A DNA stretch of 20,000 nt, from NCBI RefSeq assembly GCF_004010195.1, contig NC_057757.1, forward strand, positions 2,440,356 to 2,460,355, read 5' to 3'. The position numbers and the translations under genes are program-made. The notes under the pieces are model-generated. The model was not told the DNA's origin. It saw only the letters and a list, made by a program, of their open reading frames with translations, and did not search any database. This document shows, piece by piece, positions 10,308 through 19,454 of the stretch. This DNA is from Chiloscyllium plagiosum. Its lineage: Eukaryota. Position 1 is the first letter of the stretch; every line of letters starts with the position of its first letter.

Positions 10308-10534
10308 TGTTAAAAATTACACAACACCAGGTTATAGTCCAACAGACTTACTTGGAAGCACTAACTTTCAGAGTGCTGGTCCTTTATCAGGTGGTTGTGG
10401 AGTCCACAATCACCTGATGAAGGAGCAGCGTTCTGAAATCTAGTGCTTCCAAATAAACCTGTTGGACTATAACCTGGTGCTGTGTGATTTTTAAACTTTG
10501 TATACCCCAGTCCAACACTGGCGTCTCCAAATCA
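10308..10534. mobile_element. Palindromic Penelope-type non-autonomous element with 11-bp TSD
   Basis: ~90-bp inverted arms (CACCAGGTTATAGTCCAACAG / CTGTTGGACTATAACCTGGTG) centred near 10401. TSD TTAAAACACAA at 10297-10307 and 10535-10545. CTGATGA...GAAA core at 10414-10438. Confidence 0.85.
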
Positions 10535-10774
10535 TTAAAACACAACATCAGTCAAAAGTTTGGAATTTTTAAAAAGCCTTTTTTTTTTATATAAAAGATA
10601 TCCAGGATTTCATATTGAATGAATAAATCTCTAAAAAGCAGCAAAGGAATTAGCCTCCAGAAGGTGCTGGGAAGCAGCAATCTATCGGAATCACTGCTTC
10701 CCACGTGGCATTGGTAAGTCCATTGTCAAGTGTTTTTTTTACTCATGGTTTGACATACTGACCATCTTGTTGGG

Positions 10775-11050
10775 TCATTTCAGAGGGCAGTTAAGAGTCA
10801 ACCTCAGAGCTATGGTTCTGGAGTCACGAGAAGGCCTGACGCAGTTACAGCAAATTACCAGCACCCAACGAACAGTAGTGAACTGAACACTTTGTTTTAA
10901 ATGATCAATGATAGCTTCATGGTCACGATTATTGAAACAAGTATTTCCATTCCAGGCGTATTTAATGAGCTGAATTTAAATTCACAAGATATGCTAATGT
11001 ATTGGGATTATTAAGCCAGGCCTCCACATTGCTTGTCTGGTAGTGTAACC
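10775..11050 (-). mobile_element. SINE family 2 copy (degenerate)
   Basis: CAGAGGGCAGTTAAGAGTCAACC...CTGGAGTCAC...TCATGGTCAC...TGAATTTAAATTC. Paralogous to 7855-8060 and to the reverse complement of 14676-15010. Confidence 0.7.
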
Positions 11051-11809
11051 AGTCTGTAGCATATCCACGGCAGCAATGAGCATACAACACGGGCAGTTGC
11101 TCAACTTGGTCTGGTCCTTTAAAGTCACTGTATAGTAAACAGTCTCAGGAGGTGCCCAGATCAGTGAGGGCTATTTTAGCCAGACAATTACATTGATTGT
11201 CAGCTCCTGATAGCCACCACGCCCACCCTGGCTCACAGGGAATAAACCACTTCCCCCAGACATCTGCCCAGTGGTGACCCTATTCTAACATTTTTAACTT
11301 CACATGAACCCAGAGCGTAAGGCGGGGAAGGGATGAGAGCTGAACTCGGGGATGGGTTGGCTTCAGTTGCTGAGGAGGCTAGGAAGTTGGGACTTTAGCC
11401 CGTGAACTGGTTTTTGGAAGGTTTGGGGGCGATGGGGGGAATGGGGGGTTGTTGAGTGGAAAGGGAGAGTTGAACATTGGGTGACAAGAGCAAACTTCCA
11501 ACAAAATGAAGCAAATGCCTGACCTTACACAGCCTGCAGAAACAACTGAACTCAAAGAGCAGTCCATTAGGTCATACCCACCAACAAATCAAAGGTAAGT
11601 ATTTCAAAAGTGGTCTTGCAGGTGTTAGCACTCAGTCCAAGCTCCATCACAGCTACTGCGGTTTCAGAACGAGCCACCTCAAATTTCTGTTGTGCAACTC
11701 TCACCGAGGGTCATGCTGCTCAGTATATGAAGTCCTGAATTAAACCCAGACAATCCAATTTCATTCATGCTTAGCTCAATGCTGCCACAGCGCACTCAGT
11801 GATAGCATT

Positions 11810-12725
11810 CCACCGTGATGAAGCTGTATAAGACTTTGTAACGGCCATAGCAGAAGTACTGTGTGCAGTTCCAGTCACTGCACTATGTGATTGCACTGGA
11901 TGGGGTGCAGAGGAGGCTTACTCGGACGTTGCCCTGGGATGGAGCGTTTCAGTGATGAAGAGAGGCTGGATAAGTTTGCTTTGGAGCAGAGAAGGTTGTC
12001 GGGGGGGGGGGGAACACGTCATAAAATTCCTATAGTGTGATAGCAAGTCAGTCCCACCCCCACCACACCCCATCCCATCCCATCCCACCCCCGAAGAGCA
12101 GCCCTTCCAGACCTAACGCCCTACCCTATTCCTATAACCCTGCATCCTCCATGGCTAACCCACCTACACATCCCTGGATACTAATGGGGTAACTTACTAT
12201 GGCCAATCCACCCTAATCTACACATTTTTGGATCGCGGGAGGAAACATGAGCACCCAGACGAAACTCATGCAGACACGAGGAGAATATGCAGACTCTACA
12301 CAGGCAGTCACCCAATGATGGAATCAAACCCTGGTCCCTGTGCTAACCACTGAGTCATCATGCCGCCCTAATAGAGGTTTGTAAAATTTTGAGGGGCATG
12401 GACAGTGTGGAAATAAAGTTGCTACTCCCCTGAACTGAAGAGTCAATAACAAGGGCAGGCATAATCTTAAAGTGAAAGGTGGGAGGGTTAAAGGGGATCT
12501 GAGGAAAAGCTTTTTTACCCAGAGGGTGTTGAGTGTCTGGAATGCGCCTCCAGGGGACAAGATGAGATGGGAAACCTCAATCTTTAAAAAGCAGTTAGAT
12601 GAGCACTTGGTGCGTCATAACATTCAAGGCTGTGGGCCTATTGGGGAAAAGTGGGACTAGTGAAGTTGGTTGTGTATTTTTGGCAGTAGACTTGACTGGT
12701 TGAAGGGCCTCTTCCACAATGTATA
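11810..12725 (+). mobile_element. CR1 LINE 3' fragment split by a SINE (parts ~11810-12012 and ~12369-12725)
   Basis: KLYKTL.RP...YCVQF before the SINE; IEVCKILRG...GDLRKSFFTQRVLSVWN after it. Confidence 0.85.
12018..12368 (-). mobile_element. HE1-like V-SINE inserted in CR1
   Basis: Reverse complement begins GGGCGGCATGATGACTCAGTGGTTAGCAC...GGTTTGATTCC and parallels 17437-17765. Confidence 0.85.
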
Positions 12726-13384
12726 TTTCCCTCGATTGATTCGATAGATCATGGGAGTCAACATCCCAGGTCAGAGTACCTCATCCAGGCGGATAATCCC
12801 CATTTCAGTCCTGAAGGGGGCTGGATAGGGATGGGTGGGTTCAACACTGTCTTGCATTCAGACGTCAAACCAACCAAAGTGCCTTCCTCTGCTGTTCTGG
12901 GCAAACGTGAAGAATTCCAGTGCTCTTTGGAGCATCCCACCTCGACATTCTGGTCAATTGCCATCCCACAACCTGTGACAACTGTGTGCTGCCGCTCGTG
13001 GAATCTTGCTCTGCACAAATCGATGACAGCAGCGACAGCTCTTTGTAAAGTACAATGTCAGCTGGCAATCTCTTTGCAACATCCTGAGGTTTCAAAAGAC
13101 CCTTGAGAAAAGCAAATGCTCCTTGTCTGCAGCATCCAGTGCCCCTGGCTACTATCTTCGTTCCCTTGTCATTCAGTTCAGCTTCTCTTCTCAAAGACCC
13201 ACCAAGAGGGAATGTGCAATCATGGGCATAAACATTCACTAGCCAAAGAGTCTTGGAGAGTAAATTGCATCATTATCCACTCATAATTTGCCCCTCTCCT
13301 GGTGTTGAAAAGAATTTATTCACAAAGCAAACCCTCCAAGTCTAACTGACTGAACCATTTGCTGATTCAAGTCTGCCCACTCAC

Positions 13385-13475
13385 CTCAGTAAGGCACTGG
13401 TGCAGTCACTCTCGAAAGAATCGTCATCTCGCTGGTCATCAATCCCCTTCGACATCAGGGAACTGGGGCTTACGC
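13385..13475 (-). CDS. CNTROB: Centrobin coding exon 3 (91 nt, (S)VSPSSLMSKGIDDQRDDDSFESDCTSALL)
   Basis: Acceptor CCCACCCACACAG|G, donor GAG|GTGAGT. Resembles centrobin REEDSFDSDSTATLL. Phase 1 to 2 fits both neighbours. Confidence 0.92.
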
Positions 13476-13559
13476 CTGTGTGGGTGGGAGCAGAACAAAA
13501 CCCGTCACCCCAGGCTTCACTTACAAACACAATTCCCCTTGGTATCTTCCCCCTTACTC

Positions 13560-14530
13560 ACAGAATCATAGACCGATACAGTATGAATGCAAGCCATTCA
13601 GCCCATCGAGTCTACACTGATTCTCCAAAGAACATTCCACTCTATCCTTGTAACCCTTCCCCATGGATAACCCCACTGTGGGAAAAGATCTGCCACCCTG
13701 CCAACCCATAATAGGAAAGCAAACTTGGCCAAACTATACCAAAAACATCCAGAATGCCTCAGTAGGGACCAAGCAGGCTGACAAGTGAAACCAGACAGCA
13801 CTCGCAGACAAGGGAATACACTTCCCAACACCCACTAACAATGCCAGATCAACACAGCTGTCCCAAAGTCCCGAGGGCAGTCTCATAACTCGGCAATACC
13901 AAAGCCACACAAAGAACAGGTCAGACAGAGAGGCACCATCAACAGCATTGCTACCAGGACAAGACAATGGAAGCACCTTTCAGAAGAGACATTAGCACCT
14001 ACCTGCGAAGAGGACTAGAATCTCCTGACCCATTGATACTGTCAGGGTGTCGCATTGTAATGAGAATCACAACATTCATCTGATAACCATTTTCCAATTA
14101 CCATCATTGTAACTAGATTACTCCATATCTTTCCCCATTTCTAATTAATCTTATTCATAAGATAATAAAACCTGGCTTCTTCCTCATCTTGAGGAAGAGA
14201 ACCCTTGATCTACCTGCACAGACCGTCAGTTCTGTGTCAGCCCAGTCAATTTCTCTTTCAGCGATATCACTTGTAATAAACAGCTTGTCAATTTCACCCA
14301 ATCTGATTTGTGTGGTCTCTGCTTTATTGGGGTAATTTCTCCAACACCCACCTAGCCTGCACATCCCTAGAGACTATGGGCAATTTCCCATGGCCAATCC
14401 ACCGAACCAGCAGATCTCTGGACTGTGGGAGAAAACCCACGCAGACTGGGGAGAATGTGCAAACTCCACACAAGACAGTGTCCCAGGCACTGAGAGTCAG
14501 CAGTGCCAACCGCTAAGCCACTGTGCCGTC
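13560..14530 (-). mobile_element. HE1-like V-SINE split by a solo LTR (3' part 13560-13676, 5' part 14347-14530)
   Basis: The head GACGGCACAGTGGCTTAGCGGTTGGCACTGCTG is on the minus strand at ~14530. Sequence is continuous across the insert (CCATGGATAACCCCAC|CTAGCCTGCACATCCCT), matching 12148-12176. Confidence 0.85.
13677..14346 (+). mobile_element. Solo LTR (670 bp)
   Basis: TG...CA ends with imperfect terminal inverted repeats (TGTGGGAAAA / TTCTCCAACA). 5-bp TSD CCCAC at 13672-13676 and 14347-14351. AATAAA at 14275-14280. Confidence 0.8.
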
Positions 14531-14675
14531 TGAATCAGGAACCATCACTGGCAAGGCTGAAGTTGGGGAGGATACTCCCCAAAGCCGAGAAGAGGGGATA
14601 CTCCCAGTGCCAGTCTCAGCTGGTCCTAACACTTCTCATTCAACCTCACCACAGGGCATTGGTAAAATAACAGCC

Positions 14676-15015
14676 TGGTGGTATTATCGTTAGACAATTG
14701 ATCAAGAGAACCAGGTAATGTTCTGGGGAGTCGGGTCAGAATCTTGCCATGCCGGATGGTGGAATTTGAATTCAATATTAAAAATCTTGAATTAAGAGTC
14801 TAATGACCATGACCACAAATCTATTGCTGATAGTCAAAAAATCACATATGGCTCACTCATGTCCTTCCGGGATGGAAACTGCTGTCCTTACCCAATCTGG
14901 GCAACACACAATTCCAACCTCACAGCGGTTGAATCTCAACTGCCCACTGGGTAATTAGGGATGTGCACTGAGTGCTGGCCTAGCCTCCAGCACCCAATAC
15001 CCTGAAAGAAAAAAA
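14676..15015 (+). mobile_element. SINE family 2 copy, near full length
   Basis: TGGTGGTATTATCGTTAGAC...GATGGTGGAATTTGAATTCAAT...GTCCTTACC...GCTGGCCTAGCC plus an A-rich tail. Paralogous to 8605-8770. Confidence 0.75.
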
Positions 15016-15197
15016 GAAATCTGGCTGCTGCACTGAGGAGCTCTCCAATTGGCCACTTCCCCACCCAACCGTGAGACCGATTATGGGATGATATGGGGTA
15101 GAAAAGTCAACACTGGCAAGTGCTGTGCTGTGGCATTAACCCTGGCCCCATCCTTCCTTTTAATTTTCAGCCCGAGAGGCATTGACACTGTACTCAC

Positions 15198-15282
15198 TGC
15201 AGGTGAGCTCCTGGGAGAGTTTCAACATGTTCTGCAGGTGGGACCGGACTGACTCCATCTCCGAGATGTGCCTGGATCCACC
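15198..15282 (-). CDS. CNTROB: Centrobin coding exon 2 (85 nt, GGSRHISEMESVRSHLQNMLKLSQELTC)
   Basis: Acceptor TTTTTCCTCTGCAG|G, donor GCA|GTGAGT. Peptide resembles the centrobin GSRHIFEMESVRGQLQTML motif. Phase 0 to 1. Confidence 0.93.
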
Positions 15283-15603
15283 CTGCAGAGGAAAAATGAA
15301 CAGGGTGAGGATGGGGAAGTTAACTATGGCATCACCCCTGGAGAGGTTAAGACATTGGTTCTAGCTATCCTGAAGACACAAGTACAAGCCCCATTCACTG
15401 CAGTTCGGCAGCCAGAACGAAACTAAATCAAATTTGACAATAGAAGATGCAGAAGCAGGAACAATGGAAATATCATAAGGCCATTTGGCCCCACAGACTG
15501 CCAATCTAGATCATGGCTGACCTTCGACCTCAACATCATTTTCCCACACTAGATCCCTTTGATGTCTTTAATATCTAGCAATCTACCAGTCTCTGGTTTG
15601 AAC

Positions 15604-16967
15604 ATGGCTAGGCAGAACAGTGCCAAAAGCATGGGTCTGATTCCCAAACCAGTTGAGGTTACCATGAAGACATCCCCTCCCCAATACTCTTGACCCACTC
15701 CAATTTGCCTATCAGACCAACAGATCCACAACAGATGTCATATCACTTGCCCTTCACTTCTCCCGAGAACATCTTGACACCAAGAATAGCTACATAAGAA
15801 TCCTACTCACTGACCACAGTTCAGCCTTCAATGCTATTACTCCCTCGAGACTGATTACTAAACTTTGTGATCTCGGTCTAAGCCCCACTCTCTGCAATTA
15901 GATTCTCAGTTTCCTGATCCATAGGACATAATCAGTGAAGATTGGGGACAATATTTCATCATCACTAACACTGGAGCCCCCCAGGGGTGCGTACTCAGCC
16001 CCCTACTGTACTCACTGTATACCCATGACTGCGTCGCCAAATATCAGACTAATGCCATGTACAAGTTCGCTGATGACACGACTATAGTCGGTCAAATCTC
16101 AGATGGTGATGAAACAGACTACAGCCGGGAGGTGGAAGACCTGGAAAAATGATGCTCTGAGAACAACCTAACTCTCAATGCCAACAAAACCAAGGAACTC
16201 ATTATTGACTTTTGGCAGGATGTTACTCATGCCCCCCTACACATTAACAGCACAAAGGTTGAACGAGTGGGGAGTGTCAAGCTCTGGAAGTGGTCCTCCA
16301 CAACAAGCTTTCTTAGACTCTTCATGTGGACGCACTGGTTACAAAGGCCCAACAATGGCTCTTCTTCCTCAGACAGCTGAGAAAATTTGGCATGATGCCA
16401 AATACCCCTGCCAACTTTTATAGGTGAACCATTGAGAGCATTCTGTCTGGATGCATCACTACTTGGCATGGCAACTGTACCATTCAAGATCGGAGACGGT
16501 TACAGAGAGTGGTGAACTCGGCCCGGACAACCACAAAGGCCAACCTCCCATCTATAGAATCCATCTACCAGGCCCCGCTGTCAAGGAAAAGCCACCAGCA
16601 TTCTCAAAGATCCATCCCACCCTGGCAACGTTTTTCTACAACCTCTACCATCGGGGAGAAGGTACAGAAGCCTGAAGGTACACGCACCAGCCGGTTTCGT
16701 AACAGTTTCTAATGTTGTTAGAATACTGAATGGACTCACAAACTCTTAATATTTGCTTGTACCTGTGTTTTGTTTTTGCCGCTGTTTACCTATTATTTAT
16801 TATCTATGCTACTTAACTCTATGATCTGCCTGTATTGCTCACAAGACAGAGCTTTTCACTGTGTCTCAGTACACATGACAATCAATTCAATCTCACCTGA
16901 GACGTGGTGACCCTAGGTAAACCACTGATCATCTCTTGCTAATGACAGACAGTCATATGGTCTGGTG
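15604..16967 (+). mobile_element. SINE family 3 copy split by a Rex1 insertion (15604-15687 and ~16891-16967)
   Basis: GGGTCTGATTCCC...TGAGGTTACCATGAAG on the left continues as CACCTGAGACGTGGTGACCCTAGGTAAACCAC...CTAATGA...ATGGTCTGG on the right. Continuity rests on my recall of a shark SINE consensus. Confidence 0.55.
15688..16890 (+). mobile_element. 5'-truncated Rex1/Babar-clade LINE, reverse transcriptase pseudogenised
   Basis: DPLQFAYQTNRSTTD, SSAFN, TGAPQGCVLSPLLYSLYTHDC, YKFADDTTIVG, PLPSGRRYRSL and RTSRFRNSF; several stops and frameshifts; tail TTTTCACTGTG...TGACAATCAATTCAAT. Confidence 0.92.
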
Positions 16968-17436
16968 ATAATCTCCTCAGCCCCCTAGGGTAGAGAACTT
17001 CAGCAATTCACAGCTCTCCGTCTGAAGACATTTCTCCACATCTCAGTCCCAAAGGGCCTGCTCCCTATTCTGAGACTGTGTCCCCCTGGTTCTATGCATT
17101 CCACCCTACCCTGGGCAGGAACTACAACAAACTTTGTTTGAACTGGCACCTTATGAACCAGCACTCTTGATAAACCTCCAAATTACTTAACTAAAAAAAA
17201 ACTGTATGCACGATCCGCAAGTAGTCAGTTGAGGGTGGGAGTGAGAAAATTCTCGGCCAATAAGTTTGACTTAAGGCAAAGTTGCATTCTCATTAAGTGA
17301 TCTATGCTGTAAATAAAGTATAACAGTGATGTATATACCCCCTGCATCACGTTGTTATTACTTAGTGAATGTTTTTACGTTGATTATACGGACCTTTTGA
17401 TCAACCAGAACATTTGATGAACCAGCATGAAAAAAA

Positions 17437-17765
17437 GGGGTGGCACGGTGGCTCAGTGGTTAGCACTGCTGCCTCACAGCACCAGGGACCCTGGTTCGAT
17501 TCCACCCTTGGGTGACTGTCTGTGTGGAGTTTGCACATTCTCCCCGTGTCTGCGTGGGTTTCCTCCGGGTGCTCTGGTTTCCTCCCACAGTCCAAAGATT
17601 AGGTTAGGTGAACTGGCGATAGTGTCCAGGGATGTGTAGGCTAGATGCATTAGTCAGGGGTAAATATAGGGTAGGGGAATGGGTCGGGGTGGGTTACTCT
17701 TCGGAGAGTCAGCGTGGACTAGTTGGGCCGATGGGCCTGTTTCCACACTGTAGGGATTCTAGTTC
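17437..17765 (+). mobile_element. Full-length HE1-like V-SINE with intact Pol III boxes
   Basis: A box TGGCTCAGTGG (17449-17459), B box GGTTCGATTCC (17493-17503), V-domain TGTGTGGAGTTTGCACATTCTCCCCGTGTCTGCGTGGGTTTCCTCCGGG and a CR1-like tail GGGCCTGTTTCCACACTGTA. Confidence 0.93.
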
Positions 17766-17814
17766 TAGCATACTCCTGGTCCCATAGGTAATGGTTAATA
17801 AAAACAATTTACTG

Positions 17815-17935
17815 TAGTACCCTTCCTGTTGAATCCTGCAAGAAATCTGTATACTCCCATGGGTTCACCCCTCATTCTTCTACACTCTAGCGAGTATAGG
17901 CTCAGTCTCCTCAATTTCTCCTCATAGGACAGTGC
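17815..17935 (-). mobile_element. Short CR1 ORF2 fragment
   Basis: LSYEEKLRRLSLYSLECRRMRGEPMGVYRFLAG. Confidence 0.85.
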
Positions 17936-18525
17936 ACTGCTCCAGGAATCAGCAAAGACTGAGCATGTAAATGTCGGCACTGTCAACAAAACTCGCTGAT
18001 TGTTCCACTGAGGGAAGGACAAATGCTGCTTAACTTGATATGGACCGATAAATCCAACCCAGCAAGAAGGTGATTCTTAACCAGCCGTGGAGTTGCTAAG
18101 GATGGGATACCCTGTACGGACAACAAACAGCAGTCCTGGCAGCAAACTGCTACATACACCGTGCCCACCTAAACAAGAAATCGTTTACGTAGTACTCTTG
18201 GCCAGTAATGGGAAAGGGGCTGAGATGCACCCCTCAGCATTTTGTTTATTCTCCTCCTTTCTTGCAAGCGCAGAGTCCAGATGCACAAATCAAAACCAGC
18301 CAGACTGAAGATGAAAATAAAAGATCTTTGGGTAGAGGTGTCCTGAATAGAAAAGCACAGAAACAGGCCACTCAGCCCAACTGCTCTCTGCTGGTTCATG
18401 TCAGCCCCTTCCTACACCACCTTATCTCATCCCAGTAACACTTTCATTTGGGATATACACACACAAATACAGGTTTGGTATTCACCTCAACATCCCCCCA
18501 CTACAGTATCTGGAGTGAGCGATGG

Positions 18526-18680
18526 TACAGGTGGCTGTGCTATAACACGCATTTCGTTAACGCGAATTTGCTGTAATGTGATTGACAAATTTGGGACACT
18601 GTTTCTAAAGTGCGAACTTTTAAAACGTGTGTTGGCCGTACATCACCAGCACTTTAAGTGTCATTTCTAAAACGCAGATT
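18526..18680. mobile_element. Truncated Tc1/mariner (Tigger/pogo-like) MITE fragment
   Basis: TA-CAGG start, repeated (GC)TATAAC/TTAACGCG motifs and duplicated TTTCTAAA.[CT]GC. No second terminal repeat is seen. Confidence 0.5.
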
Positions 18681-18683
18681 TAC

Positions 18684-19325
18684 CTTTGTCCCGTCGCTAC
18701 TTTCTGCCCTTTTGGAGAGTCGCTGGACCGCTTGCATGGCTGGTTCTTCTAGACCAGGGGGTACCATCGGACCAGGGGGTACCATCAGCCCAGGGGCCTT
18801 GTCGGAAAACTGGACAGACTTGGGTCGGTGGGAGGTGGTGGTTTCGTGGGTTCCCGGCCCTGCCACCTCATGCAGGTGGCCCAGCCCGGTCTGGCTGCTG
18901 GCAGTCAGCCTGAGCACAGGGTCAGGCTGCCAGGGAGGTCCTGAGCGCGCCAAATCAGTCCCACCTCCCCGCTGCAATGTCTCTCTGGAGCGAGAGGTGG
19001 GGGCACCTACGGAGGAGGAGGAAGGGGGAGAAGACGAGTGGGCAGCTCCCAGCGAGGAGTGCAGCCTGGCCGTCATCTCTGAGGAGGTGGTGGTGGCGAC
19101 GAAGCTGGCATGGGGGCTGCTGGGCAGGGAGCGGGCCGCGACGGAGGCAGCGGAGAGTCCAATTCGGGACTCGTCGGCGGCCGAGGTGAGGCGCGGGCTG
19201 GGTGGGGCAGAGCTGGGGGCGGACGGTGGCAGGAACTCCACGTCGCTCATCAGATCCTCGGTTCGAATCGGGGAGTCCATTCGGCGGCGCTGCCCTCTTG
19301 GAACCAGGCGGGAATCCATCTGCAT
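18684..19325 (-). CDS. CNTROB: Centrobin coding exon 1 (214 codons, MQMDSRL...AESSDGTK); start codon could alternatively be 19319 or 19280
   Basis: ORF contains SPIRTEDLMSD and SSEMTARLHSSL, resembling the centrobin N-terminus as I recall it (SPLGAEDLLSD / SSEVTSQLYASL). Donor AAG|GTAAAT at 18684/18683 is phase 0, in frame with the next exon. Likely acceptor TTTCTGGCCACAG|G at 19351/19350, implying an upstream non-coding exon. Confidence 0.85.
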
Positions 19326-19454
19326 CGTACAGCAGCATCAGGATCCCAACCTGTGGCCAGAAACAGATTCCAACAATGACCGCGCACATTGAAGTTAAAA
19401 AAAACTAAATCTCTGCACACCAAGAGAACTCAAAGTCACTCAGTATCAGCAACC

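Larger units (their letters stand above)
15450..17100 (-). mobile_element. CR1 3' end fragment split into 15450-15603 and ~16968-17100 by nested insertions
   Basis: The CR1 3' UTR reverse complement (GGCCATTTGGCCC...GATCATGGCTGA...CTCTGGTTTGAACAT) resumes as CAGCCCCCTAGGGTAGAGAAC...ATTTCTCCACATCTCAGTCC...ATTCTGAGACTGTGTCCCCCTGGTTCTA. Confidence 0.7.

Noticed and set aside
11520..11600. Plus-strand consensus donor AAG|GTAAGT (also TTG|GTAAGT near 10713) suggesting an antisense spliced gene
   Set aside because: No convincing acceptor or coding exon chain; such motifs are expected by chance in 20 kb.
12001..12013. Poly-G run
   Set aside because: Simple homopolymer expansion of the CR1 GGGG at the SINE junction; its length may be a sequencing artefact.
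12758..13239. Cluster of 86-124 aa ORFs in apparently unique intron 3 sequence
   Set aside because: No recognisable protein motif, and the CNTROB phases already close without an extra exon.
15688..16712. Functional or domesticated reverse transcriptase
   Set aside because: Multiple in-frame stops and frameshifts, and 5'-truncated.
17437..17510. tRNA gene
   Set aside because: The A/B boxes belong to a SINE head that continues into the V-domain and a LINE-like tail; no complete cloverleaf.
18658..19392. 244-aa plus-strand ORF
   Set aside because: Antisense shadow of the GC-rich CNTROB exon 1, with a non-ATG start and no recognisable domain.
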